The notes below the pieces were generated by a model, which had not been told where the DNA came from, ran no database searches, and was given only the letters and a program-made list of their open reading frames with translations. Shown here in pieces: positions 8,279 to 15,732 of a DNA stretch of 17,978 nucleotides (the stretch's first letter is position 1; every line of letters begins with the position of its first letter). This DNA is from a bacterium (lineage in GTDB: Bacteria; Fidelibacterota; Marinisomatia; Marinisomatales; UBA1611). The translations under genes and the position numbers were made by a program. The stretch covers positions 1-17,978 of the forward strand of contig JAYPIC010000034.1 in the NCBI GenBank assembly GCA_038127595.1, written 5' to 3'.

Positions 8279-9142
8279 TTAGTTAATCTTCTTTCTGATT
8301 TTTGAAAATACATATTTGCCAATTTTACTTCTTTCAATACGTACAAGCGTCTTTTTTACAAAAGCATGCATTAGATACTTAGGAGAAAATACGTACATAG
8401 ATCGGGGGTAAGGGGTATCTTTTTCTAAGGGGTGAAAATAAAATGAGCGTTTATCTTTATATATATCCCATAACATTGACCCTAGAACAGATAGCGGAAT
8501 CAAATAGGATACAGAGGCAAATGTAACACCAGTAGGCTGTAGGTTTAAAAATTTTACACCTGGTAATAGATCATTATATTGATCCCAAACTTGTGGAATG
8601 AAACGCCTAGAGTCTGTCCATTTTAAACGAGTGTCAATAGCAGCAGATAAAATAAAAGCACTGAAACTATACCAAAATCCTCTTTCTGCTGCATAATGAA
8701 GTATCGAATAATCAGTTTGAATCTTATAAACCTCTAAAGACTTCATGTAAAATGATGTATCATTTGTTCCATGAACAAGAATTTCAGGATTGATTCGATT
8801 AGACGAAAATTCTATACCTTTAAAATTTATACTGTCATTATCTAGAGTAATAATCTCACCAGTTCTATTAGTTATCCTTCTCAAATTTTCGTAATAGCTC
8901 CAATCATAGTGGTACACACGGTCAAAGTCGTTATAAATGAAGTAAACTTTTTCTATATCAATAGTTGATGACTTATTATCGATTTTTTTTGTGTAATAGA
9001 CATTATCCAAATCCATTGAATCCACTAAAGCAATGATAGAATTACCCTTGTGATCAATAATTACATGACTTACATCTGTATCCAAGCTGTCCGTGTAGGC
9101 AATTGATAATAAAAATATGAATATTTCTAGTAATCGTTTCAT
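8279..9142 (-). CDS. Hypothetical exported/membrane protein
   Basis: 287 aa. Signal-peptide-like N-terminus (MKRLLEIFIFLLSIAYT), beta-rich soluble region, two hydrophobic segments (GFWYSFSAFILSAAI; VTFASVSYLIPLSVLGSMLW) and a very basic C-terminal tail. Ends 9 nt before the next gene. Confidence 0.8.
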   Translation of the reverse strand: MKRLLEIFIFLLSIAYTDSLDTDVSHVIIDHKGNSIIALVDSMDLDNVYYTKKIDNKSSTIDIEKVYFIYNDFDRVYHYDWSYYENLRRITNRTGEIITLDNDSINFKGIEFSSNRINPEILVHGTNDTSFYMKSLEVYKIQTDYSILHYAAERGFWYSFSAFILSAAIDTRLKWTDSRRFIPQVWDQYNDLLPGVKFLNLQPTGVTFASVSYLIPLSVLGSMLWDIYKDKRSFYFHPLEKDTPYPRSMYVFSPKYLMHAFVKKTLVRIERSKIGKYVFSKIRKKIN

Positions 9143-9177
9143 AGAGTGTAAATTACAATACTAAAATGAAGAGTCAA
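9143..9177. promoter_or_regulatory. Candidate bidirectional promoter giving leaderless transcripts
   Basis: Minus strand: TTGACT (9177-9172), 16 nt, TAATTT (9155-9150), 7 nt, ATG (9142). Plus strand: TACAAT (9154-9159), 6 nt, ATG (9166). A palindrome TGTAA-A-TTACA spans 9147-9157. Confidence 0.5.
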
Positions 9178-9906
9178 ATTTTACACTTTAAATACATTTT
9201 ATTACCACTTTTAATAGTATCTCTATATAGTCAACCTAAACTGAGTGTTGATTTAGGTACGGGTTTTTATGAGCCAACAATGAAGGGCTTTGATAGTAAC
9301 GAACTTATTGCATTTCCCACAGGAAATGTATTAACCCGCAATATTTTAATTAATTTTAGTACTTTCTATGAATTTTTTCATAATGCTAGGGTTGGGTACA
9401 GCGTTCTGAAGTCCATCGATATCGGAAGGCTTGAAGGTTTTGCTAATAGTAAACCAGTTTTCTATAGAACTATCAATTACAGAATGATACCATTAGAGAC
9501 ATTTTTCAGATTAAAACCGAAAGTAGAGTTAAACTTTACTTTGACACCAATTTGGGGTAGGGGAAGACTCATTCTGGAAACAAAACCTGCCAGTTCTGAT
9601 GGTAGTGGCTCATTTACGATTACAGATGATTGGAATGAACTTTTAAATAGTTTTGGGGATAACAACCCTCTAGATCAGGTTGCATCCGAGAATACAATGG
9701 TAACAGATTGGTTTGGATATTCTGGCATGCTTGGCTATCGGTACTACATTAGACCTTGGATAGGCATAGATTTTAAAATGGGTTTTTTAAATAATAACTA
9801 CAAAAAAAACAGTTGGCGTTTTCAAGGTAAAAAGGTGAAGGGGCCAGAAATGAAAATAGATGAAATACCAATTTTTACACTCAAAGTGGTTTACGCACTA
9901 AAGTGA
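9166..9906 (+). CDS. Probable small outer-membrane beta-barrel protein
   Basis: 246 aa. Signal peptide (…ILLPLLIVSLYS). Alternating amphipathic strands with aromatic ends (LSVDLGTGFY, INFSTFYEF, GYSGMLGYRYY, IGIDFKMGF, IFTLKVVY). Lacks the usual terminal Phe. Confidence 0.7.
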   Translation: MKSQILHFKYILLPLLIVSLYSQPKLSVDLGTGFYEPTMKGFDSNELIAFPTGNVLTRNILINFSTFYEFFHNARVGYSVLKSIDIGRLEGFANSKPVFYRTINYRMIPLETFFRLKPKVELNFTLTPIWGRGRLILETKPASSDGSGSFTITDDWNELLNSFGDNNPLDQVASENTMVTDWFGYSGMLGYRYYIRPWIGIDFKMGFLNNNYKKNSWRFQGKKVKGPEMKIDEIPIFTLKVVYALK

Positions 9907-10244
9907 GAAAGTTACTTTTTTTATCTTTTATAATTACCTCTTTGGTTCATTCACAAAAGGCAGTAGAGGTAGAACAAAATCCGTGCTCAGATAGAACTAT
10001 TGTTTTTGCAAGAAAGCATGGAGTCAAAGCCCTTCCGGTCAAGGATCTTCCTCAGTTCTTTAAAGCTTCAAAAGCATGCAAAGAAAAGGGTGGTGAAACT
10101 CTTCTTGAACAGATTAACATAAATGAATACAACAGAGATTTTAAAAGTTCAAAATTCATGTCTGGCTGGACATCTACTTATGGCATGTGTGTCACAGCTA
10201 TTATTTTTTATTTTTTTGTAGGTTTAATTACAGCAGAAAAGTGA
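9903..10244 (+). CDS. Small exported protein with a Cys pair and a C-terminal membrane anchor
   Basis: 113 aa. GTG start overlaps the upstream TGA (GTGA). Signal peptide MRKLLFLSFIITSLVHS, NPC...KAC pair, and hydrophobic C-terminus YGMCVTAIIFYFFVGLI. Confidence 0.8.
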   Translation: MRKLLFLSFIITSLVHSQKAVEVEQNPCSDRTIVFARKHGVKALPVKDLPQFFKASKACKEKGGETLLEQININEYNRDFKSSKFMSGWTSTYGMCVTAIIFYFFVGLITAEK

Positions 10245-10597
10245 GAAAAATAGTAGCAATATTTTTATCATTATATTTTTGCTATAGCCAAGTACCAACT
10301 AATATAGATTCAGTGGTTTATTTTCAAATGCTTTTATTAAGGAGCAAAATGGATATAGATCCTATTGTATGGCAAGATACAAGGGAAGGTTATTTGAGGA
10401 ACAGAACCATGAGAATTTGCGATAGGACGTTAGATGAAATTGGCAGAATAGAAACTGGTAAATTAGTAGAAATATACTATCCTGTACTTGACAGTTTAAT
10501 TACCAAAGTAAGTGAGGCAAAAGAATTTAAATTGGAGAAACCTGTGATAAAAAATTATCAGTTCAACTATTTTTACTCTTCCTCTTCAAAACCGTAG
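10241..10597 (+). CDS. Small secreted hypothetical protein (118 aa; start revised from the track's 10187)
   Basis: In-frame GTG at 10241 overlaps the upstream TGA (GTGA, as at the previous junction) and gives a clean signal peptide MRKIVAIFLSLYFCYS-Q. Confidence 0.75.
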   Translation: MRKIVAIFLSLYFCYSQVPTNIDSVVYFQMLLLRSKMDIDPIVWQDTREGYLRNRTMRICDRTLDEIGRIETGKLVEIYYPVLDSLITKVSEAKEFKLEKPVIKNYQFNYFYSSSSKP

Positions 10598-10803
10598 TCA
10601 GGATCAATACCTGTTTCTTTAAAAACCAAGTCTGCAATTTCTTTGGCAGCGCTGTCTTCTGAAAACCCATCTTCAACTAAAGAGTCATAGGCCGCTTCAA
10701 GAGTTTTGATATCACTCTCACCTCCGAATATATCATCTAGTAATGATGAAGGAACGAAGTGATCACGCAATCTATTGTACATATTAATTTTCTTGATATC
10801 CAT
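10573..10803 (-). CDS. Small acidic, probably helical cytoplasmic hypothetical protein
   Basis: 76 aa, ATG start with AT-rich upstream region, protein-like composition, ends in FEEEE. Overlaps the convergent gene by 25 nt. Confidence 0.75.
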   Translation of the reverse strand: MDIKKINMYNRLRDHFVPSSLLDDIFGGESDIKTLEAAYDSLVEDGFSEDSAAKEIADLVFKETGIDPDYGFEEEE

Positions 10804-10892
10804 ATACTAAATTAAAATAAAGAAATAATAATATTTTATAAAAAGGTAGATTGTTGTGAATGAAAAACTATGTAAGTTTTGCTATCACAATT

Positions 10893-10966
10893 GGCGTCGT
10901 ACCCAAGTGGTTTAAGGGACCGGTTTGCAAAACCGTTATTCGCCGGTTCGAATCCGGCCGACGCCT
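10893..10966 (+). tRNA. tRNA-Cys (GCA), CCA not encoded
   Basis: Acceptor GGCGTCG/CGACGCC, discriminator U, D-arm CCC/GGG, anticodon loop TT-GCA-AA, T-arm GCCGG-TTCGAAT-CCGGC. Confidence 0.97.
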
Positions 10967-10985
10967 CTTCTTTGAAAAGTTTATT

Positions 10986-11069
10986 GCCTGGGTGGTGGAA
11001 TTGGTAGACACAACGGACTTAAAATCCGTTGGTAGCAATACCGTGCCGGTTCGAGTCCGGCCCCGGGTA
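10986..11069 (+). tRNA. tRNA-Leu (TAA), CCA not encoded
   Basis: Acceptor GCCTGGG/CCCGGGT, discriminator A, anticodon arm ACGGA-CT-TAA-AA-TCCGT, long variable arm GGTA-GCAA-TACC, T-arm GCCGG-TTCGAGT-CCGGC. Confidence 0.97.
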
Positions 11070-11078
11070 CTCAACGAG

Positions 11079-11104
11079 AAACCTCACTTTTAGTGGGGTT
11101 TTTT
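11079..11104 (+). terminator. Intrinsic terminator after the tRNA pair
   Basis: CCTCACT-TTT-AGTGGGG stem (one G-U pair) followed by six T and preceded by AAA. Confidence 0.85.
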
Positions 11105-11109
11105 GCTAT

Positions 11110-11127
11110 ATACATAATTTTATGTAT
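11110..11127. promoter_or_regulatory. 18-bp inverted repeat upstream of phoX, possible operator
   Basis: ATACATAA-TT-TTATGTAT, ending 35 nt before the phoX ATG. AT-rich, so it could be chance. Confidence 0.3.
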
Positions 11128-11162
11128 TGGTTTTTTATTACTTTCAATAATTATTTTTAGTT

Positions 11163-12470
11163 ATGGATAGAAGAAAATTTTTACAAATCTCGGGAATTTT
11201 TTCCGCATATGCTTTCTCTGGTTCTTTACAAACAATGTTACATGCTTCAAAAGCATCAGCAAACAGGAGTTATTTTTCAAAGGATCCGAATAGAATCTTA
11301 GATATGCATAGTTCCTTATCTTATGATGTTATATCTACAAAAGGTAGTTTAATGTTTGATGGTAACCGCGTTCCTGGTAATCCAGATGGAATGGCGGCTT
11401 TTTCGGTTGATTCTAAACACACCGTCATTGTTAGAAATCACGAGCTAGGTAGAACGAGTGGAAAACTTATGGGGCCTTTCAAAGATTCTAAGAAAAATGC
11501 CTTATCACTTGGAAAAAATCATTATGATCCAACAGCTTTCGGTGGAACCACAAATATTCTTATTAACGATAAAACTAATGAAGTTGTAAAAGAATATCTT
11601 AGTCTTAGTGGTACCATGACCAACTGCGCTGGAGGTCCTAGTCCATGGAATACTTGGTTAACCTGTGAAGAAAATACAAGTAAAAATAAAAAGGAAGGCA
11701 TATCTCACGGTTATGTATTTGAAGTTGACCCTAAAAAAGATTTCTTACAGGAACCAGTTCCACTAAAAAATATGGGTAGATTTAGCCATGAGGCTGTAGC
11801 TTTTGACAGGTATGGTTATGCATATTTAACAGAAGATAGAAGTGATGGTTTATTATATAAATTTATACCCAAACAAAGAAATTCTCTTCTTGAAGGAGAT
11901 TTATACGCCCTTAAAATAAAGCTTCAAGATTCACGAAATTGGAAAAAGAATAATATTTTAGTCGGTGAAGAATTTAGCGTAGAGTGGGTAAAACTTGAAG
12001 ATCCAGACCCTGATGACGATACCCTTCGAAAAACAGGTTATGAAAAAGGGGCTACAATATTTGCTAGAGGAGAGGGTATAACTTCTGATAATAACTCTGT
12101 TTATTTTACCTGTACAAGCGGTGGTAAGAACCGCAGAGGGCAAATTTGGAGACTAACTCCAATTTCTAAATTTAAGGCAAAATTAGAATTATGGTTTGAG
12201 ATGTCCGATAAAGATATGATAAATATGCCTGACAACTTAACAGTTGCACCTTGGGGTGATATTATAGTTTGTGAAGATAACCCAGATATTGACCGTTTAT
12301 GGGGTATTAAACCAGATGGTTCTGTTTATTTAATTGCGGAAAACAGTTATACAGGCGCTGAACTTGCTGGCGTATGTTTTAATCAAAAAAATGGCACTAT
12401 GTATCTAAATATTCAACAAAATGGTCAAACTATTGCAATTAAAGGTGATTGGAATCGTGTTAGATCTTAA
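11163..12470 (+). CDS. phoX: Tat-exported PhoX-family alkaline phosphatase (DUF839)
   Basis: 435 aa. Twin-arginine signal MDRRKFL. PhoX motifs PDGM, RNHE, NCAGG-SPWNTWLTCEE, HGYVFEV, GRFSHEA, YLTED, RGEG, PDNL, VCED, AELAG and NIQ. Confidence 0.92.
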   Translation: MDRRKFLQISGIFSAYAFSGSLQTMLHASKASANRSYFSKDPNRILDMHSSLSYDVISTKGSLMFDGNRVPGNPDGMAAFSVDSKHTVIVRNHELGRTSGKLMGPFKDSKKNALSLGKNHYDPTAFGGTTNILINDKTNEVVKEYLSLSGTMTNCAGGPSPWNTWLTCEENTSKNKKEGISHGYVFEVDPKKDFLQEPVPLKNMGRFSHEAVAFDRYGYAYLTEDRSDGLLYKFIPKQRNSLLEGDLYALKIKLQDSRNWKKNNILVGEEFSVEWVKLEDPDPDDDTLRKTGYEKGATIFARGEGITSDNNSVYFTCTSGGKNRRGQIWRLTPISKFKAKLELWFEMSDKDMINMPDNLTVAPWGDIIVCEDNPDIDRLWGIKPDGSVYLIAENSYTGAELAGVCFNQKNGTMYLNIQQNGQTIAIKGDWNRVRS

Positions 12471-12586
12471 ATGGTAAAAACATTACTTTAGAATAGGATT
12501 TCTACACTACTCATTTATAACAATTAATTTTTTTATAGCTAATAGCTATACTAAAGTTTTATGGCTCTTAAAAACCCTAGGTTAAT

Positions 12587-14176
12587 TTACTCTTGATAGT
12601 CTTGTAATTCTCTGGCTGATGGATCTATAACATTTGACCACTTGGGCATCCAAAAATGAGGAATTAATTTTTCACTCTCAGGAAAAAAAGATTCGTATAC
12701 TTTTCTATAATAATAACTTTCTTTTAAAACAGGGGTACAATGGCTAATTGAATCTTTAGCTTTAAAAAATTCTTCATCAGATATTTTGCTATCAACATGG
12801 TTTTGAATGATTTTATGCCAAGACTTTTTTTGAGAGCTTACACCATCAGAGAAAGCTACTTTTCTCCTCCATAGCACATCATCTGGCAAATATGTACCAT
12901 TATCAAATGCTTTTCTTAGTATGTGTTTTTCAATTCTATCCTTTGAGTTAAATACTTTTAATTCCGAAGGAATAGAAAGATAATACTTTACAAAAGTTTT
13001 ATCTAAAAAGGGAGTACGAGCCTCTAAACCGTTAGAGCTTATGCTCCTATAGGACCTTAGTAAATAAAAAAAGTAAAGCTCGTTTACTAATCTTTCACTC
13101 TCTAACTGCAATTCTTTTGAACTAGGAGCATTTCGCAAATAAAGATAACCACAGCAGACTTCATCGCTCCCATCACCATTAAATATGACCTTGCAATCTG
13201 TATTTTCTTTGATGTATTTAGAAACAAGGTAATTCCCAACGCTCGCTCTAACTGTTGTTGTATCATATGACTCTATATTATATATGACAACTTCAATTGC
13301 ATCCAAAAAGTCTCTCTCTGTTATTTGAATACTATGGTGTTTTGATTTAATAAAATCTGCGACAGTTTTTGCATATTCTAGGTCAACACTACCTTCAATA
13401 CCAACAGAGAAAGTATTTAGTTTATCGCCAGGATAGTTTTTTGCTACAATACTTGATATTAGGCTAGAATCAAGACCACCAGAAAGTAAACAGCCGATCT
13501 CTCTTTCAGACATAAGCCTTTTTATGACAGCATCTGTTAGTAGATTTTTTATGTTATGCAAAATATTAATATTGCTATCGGTAGTTTGAATATCAGGCTT
13601 GCAATAAAAATATTTATTGAACTTTTCATTATTTTTGGATGACCACCAAGATCCAGGTGGGAACGGCATTGTGTTCTCGGCTATTCCAATTAAAGATTTA
13701 GCTTCTGATGATATAAAAACTTGATCGCCATTCAAACTAATAAAACCAGGCCTAACGCCTACTGGATCTCTACCAGCATACATGATATCATTTATTTCAT
13801 CATATAGCACAAACATAAAAACTCCATCAAGCGCTTTCACTGTGCCTTCAATGCCAATTTCTTTAAACAAGTGTAGTATTATTTCACTGTCTGAACCAGT
13901 AGTCAGTTTAAAACCATATTCATCTGCAAGTTTTTTATAATTATATATCTCCCCATTACATATTAACGTAAGAGAATTATCCTTGGGGTGTTTCATCGGC
14001 TGATTACCAGAATCACTAATACCCATTATGGCTAGCCTATGAAAAGCCATTGTTAATTTATTATTAATATGTAAATGCTCACTGGAGTCTGGGCCCCTAT
14101 ATGAAATCTTCTGAAAAGATTCCTCTATGAGGTCCCATGGACTGCTAGCATTATAAGTAGTGAATATTCCACACAT
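12587..14176 (-). CDS. asnB: Asparagine synthetase, glutamine-hydrolysing
   Basis: 529 aa. N-terminal MCGI (Ntn Cys), RGPD, [27 protein letters not shown] (PP-loop), [20 protein letters not shown] and FSDG. Confidence 0.95.
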   Translation of the reverse strand: [529 protein letters not shown]

Positions 14177-14407
14177 AGTAATTTAATTTTTTAATTTAAA
14201 ATTTGAAAAAAACTGGAATTGTTAAGATATATGGTAGATATAGTTAAAAATTACCAAACCAATTTTAATATAGTTTAAAACAATTTTAAATAAAATTTTC
14301 AAGTGTATACATAATCATACTTTAAAATATTATTTATTTGCGTATAAAAAATTAATTTTTAATTTATAACTATAATATTTATTACAATCACATAAGAACA
14401 CATTACT

Positions 14408-14545
14408 ATGAATCCAATTTACAATTTAAATAGAAAAAAATCTTCTGATACAATGCTGTTTTCTATTGAAAAGTCGCTATGTATTTATCTGATTGGTAAT
14501 GTGGCTCTTCCCCTGATTATTACGTACGCTTTTTTAGTAGCTTAG
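14408..14545 (+). other. Candidate leader ORF (45 aa; 30 aa from ATG 14453) upstream of the leu genes
   Basis: MNPIYNLNRKKSSDTMLFSIEKSLCIYLIGNVALPLIITYAFLVA*. 13 of the last 30 residues are Leu/Ile/Val. The stop lies in the 5' arm of an imperfect hairpin at 14528-14581. Confidence 0.4.
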
Positions 14546-14643
14546 TAATAACTAAAAACTTAATTAGGCACTACAAAAAGCTGATAATTTTAACTTTATT
14601 GTAAGTCCCTAAGGTTTAAAGTAATTAAATATTAAGAACCGAT

Positions 14644-15720
14644 ATGAAAAAATTTAAGATTATTACATTACCAGGTGATGGAATTGGTCCAGAGATAACA
14701 TTTTCTGCTGTCAAGATATTGAATGCCATTTCTGAATTAAATGATTTAGAGTTTGAGATTATAGAAAAATATGTAGGCGGTATATCTATTGATAAATATG
14801 GTATTCCGTTAACGGAAGAAACCTTATCAGAATGTTTAGATGCTGATTCAGTTTTTCTTGGTGCAGTAGGAGGGCCCAAGTGGGATAATGTTGAACACAG
14901 CAAAAAACCTGAACAAGCACTTCTTAAACTGAGAAAAAGTCTAAATCTATTTTCTAATTTAAGACCAGCGACAATATTTAAACCATTGATTGACTCATCT
15001 AGTTTAAAATCTAATATTATTGAAAATACGGATATTATGATTGTACGTGAATTAACTGGTGGTATATATTTTGGTGAACCAAGGGGTTTTGATAAAGACA
15101 GGGCTTGGAACACGCTAGTCTACAATAGATCTGAAGTAGAGAGAATTGCTAGAGTTTCTTTTGAGTTAGCACAAAATAGGACTGGAAGACTAGTATCCGT
15201 TCATAAATCTAATGTGTTAGAAAGTTCTCAGTTTTGGCAAGATATAGTGCATGAAGTTCACAAAGATTATAAAGATATAGAACTATCAGATATGTATGTG
15301 GATAATGCTGCTATGCAAATTATCCAAAACCCAAAACAATTTGATGTAATTGTCACGCAAAACCTATTTGGTGATATTCTCAGTGATATATCTGCTATGA
15401 TTACCGGCAGTTTGGGTATGTTGCCCTCAGCAAGTATAGGTGAAAAACATTCTCTTTATGAGCCAGTGCATGGTTCAGCGCCAGATCTTGCTGGTAAAAA
15501 TTTAGCAAACCCTATAGCGGCTATTTTATCCATAGCAATGATGCTTGGCATAACGTTTAAAGAAAAAAAGATATCTTCAGATATTTATAAAGCTGTAAAT
15601 GGAACTCTTGAAGAAGGAATGGGCACCGTTGATATTGTCAAGGATGATAAGCGTGCTATATCAACAACAGACTTTACAGATAAAATTATAAATAAATATA
15701 GATCTATAGTAAAAAACTAA
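14644..15720 (+). CDS. leuB: 3-isopropylmalate dehydrogenase
   Basis: 358 aa with LPGDGIGPEI, GAVGGPKWD, NLRP, VRELTGGIYFG, YVDNAAMQ, NLFGDILSD and EPVHGSAPD motifs. Confidence 0.98.
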   Translation: MKKFKIITLPGDGIGPEITFSAVKILNAISELNDLEFEIIEKYVGGISIDKYGIPLTEETLSECLDADSVFLGAVGGPKWDNVEHSKKPEQALLKLRKSLNLFSNLRPATIFKPLIDSSSLKSNIIENTDIMIVRELTGGIYFGEPRGFDKDRAWNTLVYNRSEVERIARVSFELAQNRTGRLVSVHKSNVLESSQFWQDIVHEVHKDYKDIELSDMYVDNAAMQIIQNPKQFDVIVTQNLFGDILSDISAMITGSLGMLPSASIGEKHSLYEPVHGSAPDLAGKNLANPIAAILSIAMMLGITFKEKKISSDIYKAVNGTLEEGMGTVDIVKDDKRAISTTDFTDKIINKYRSIVKN

Positions 15721-15732
15721 AAGAGTTAAATA

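Noticed and set aside
10187..10240. N-terminal extension in the track's 136-aa ORF
   Set aside because: It overlaps the upstream gene by 58 nt and buries the signal peptide. GTG 10241 fits better.
10860..11093. ORFs 10860..11093 (+) and 10868..11074 (-)
   Set aside because: They are shadows of the two tRNA genes.
12534..12550. Hairpin TATAGCT-AAT-AGCTATA between convergent phoX and asnB
   Set aside because: Weak AT-rich stem with no U-tract immediately downstream on either strand, so not called a terminator.
12841..12870. AsnB [9 protein letters not shown] instead of RxKEAFSDG
   Set aside because: This position varies among AsnB homologs, so it is not counted as a lesion.
14085..14097. gagtctgggcccc resembles the tRNA-Leu 3' end (gagtccggcccc), a possible att repeat
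   Set aside because: Short, imperfect and lies in the conserved RGPD codons of asnB. No integrase is nearby.
14177..14407. Very AT-rich intergenic DNA with short palindromes and a TATAAT at 14371, considered as an origin, riboswitch or repeat array
   Set aside because: No DnaA-box cluster, T-box or regular repeats seen. An ordinary divergent promoter region is enough to explain it.
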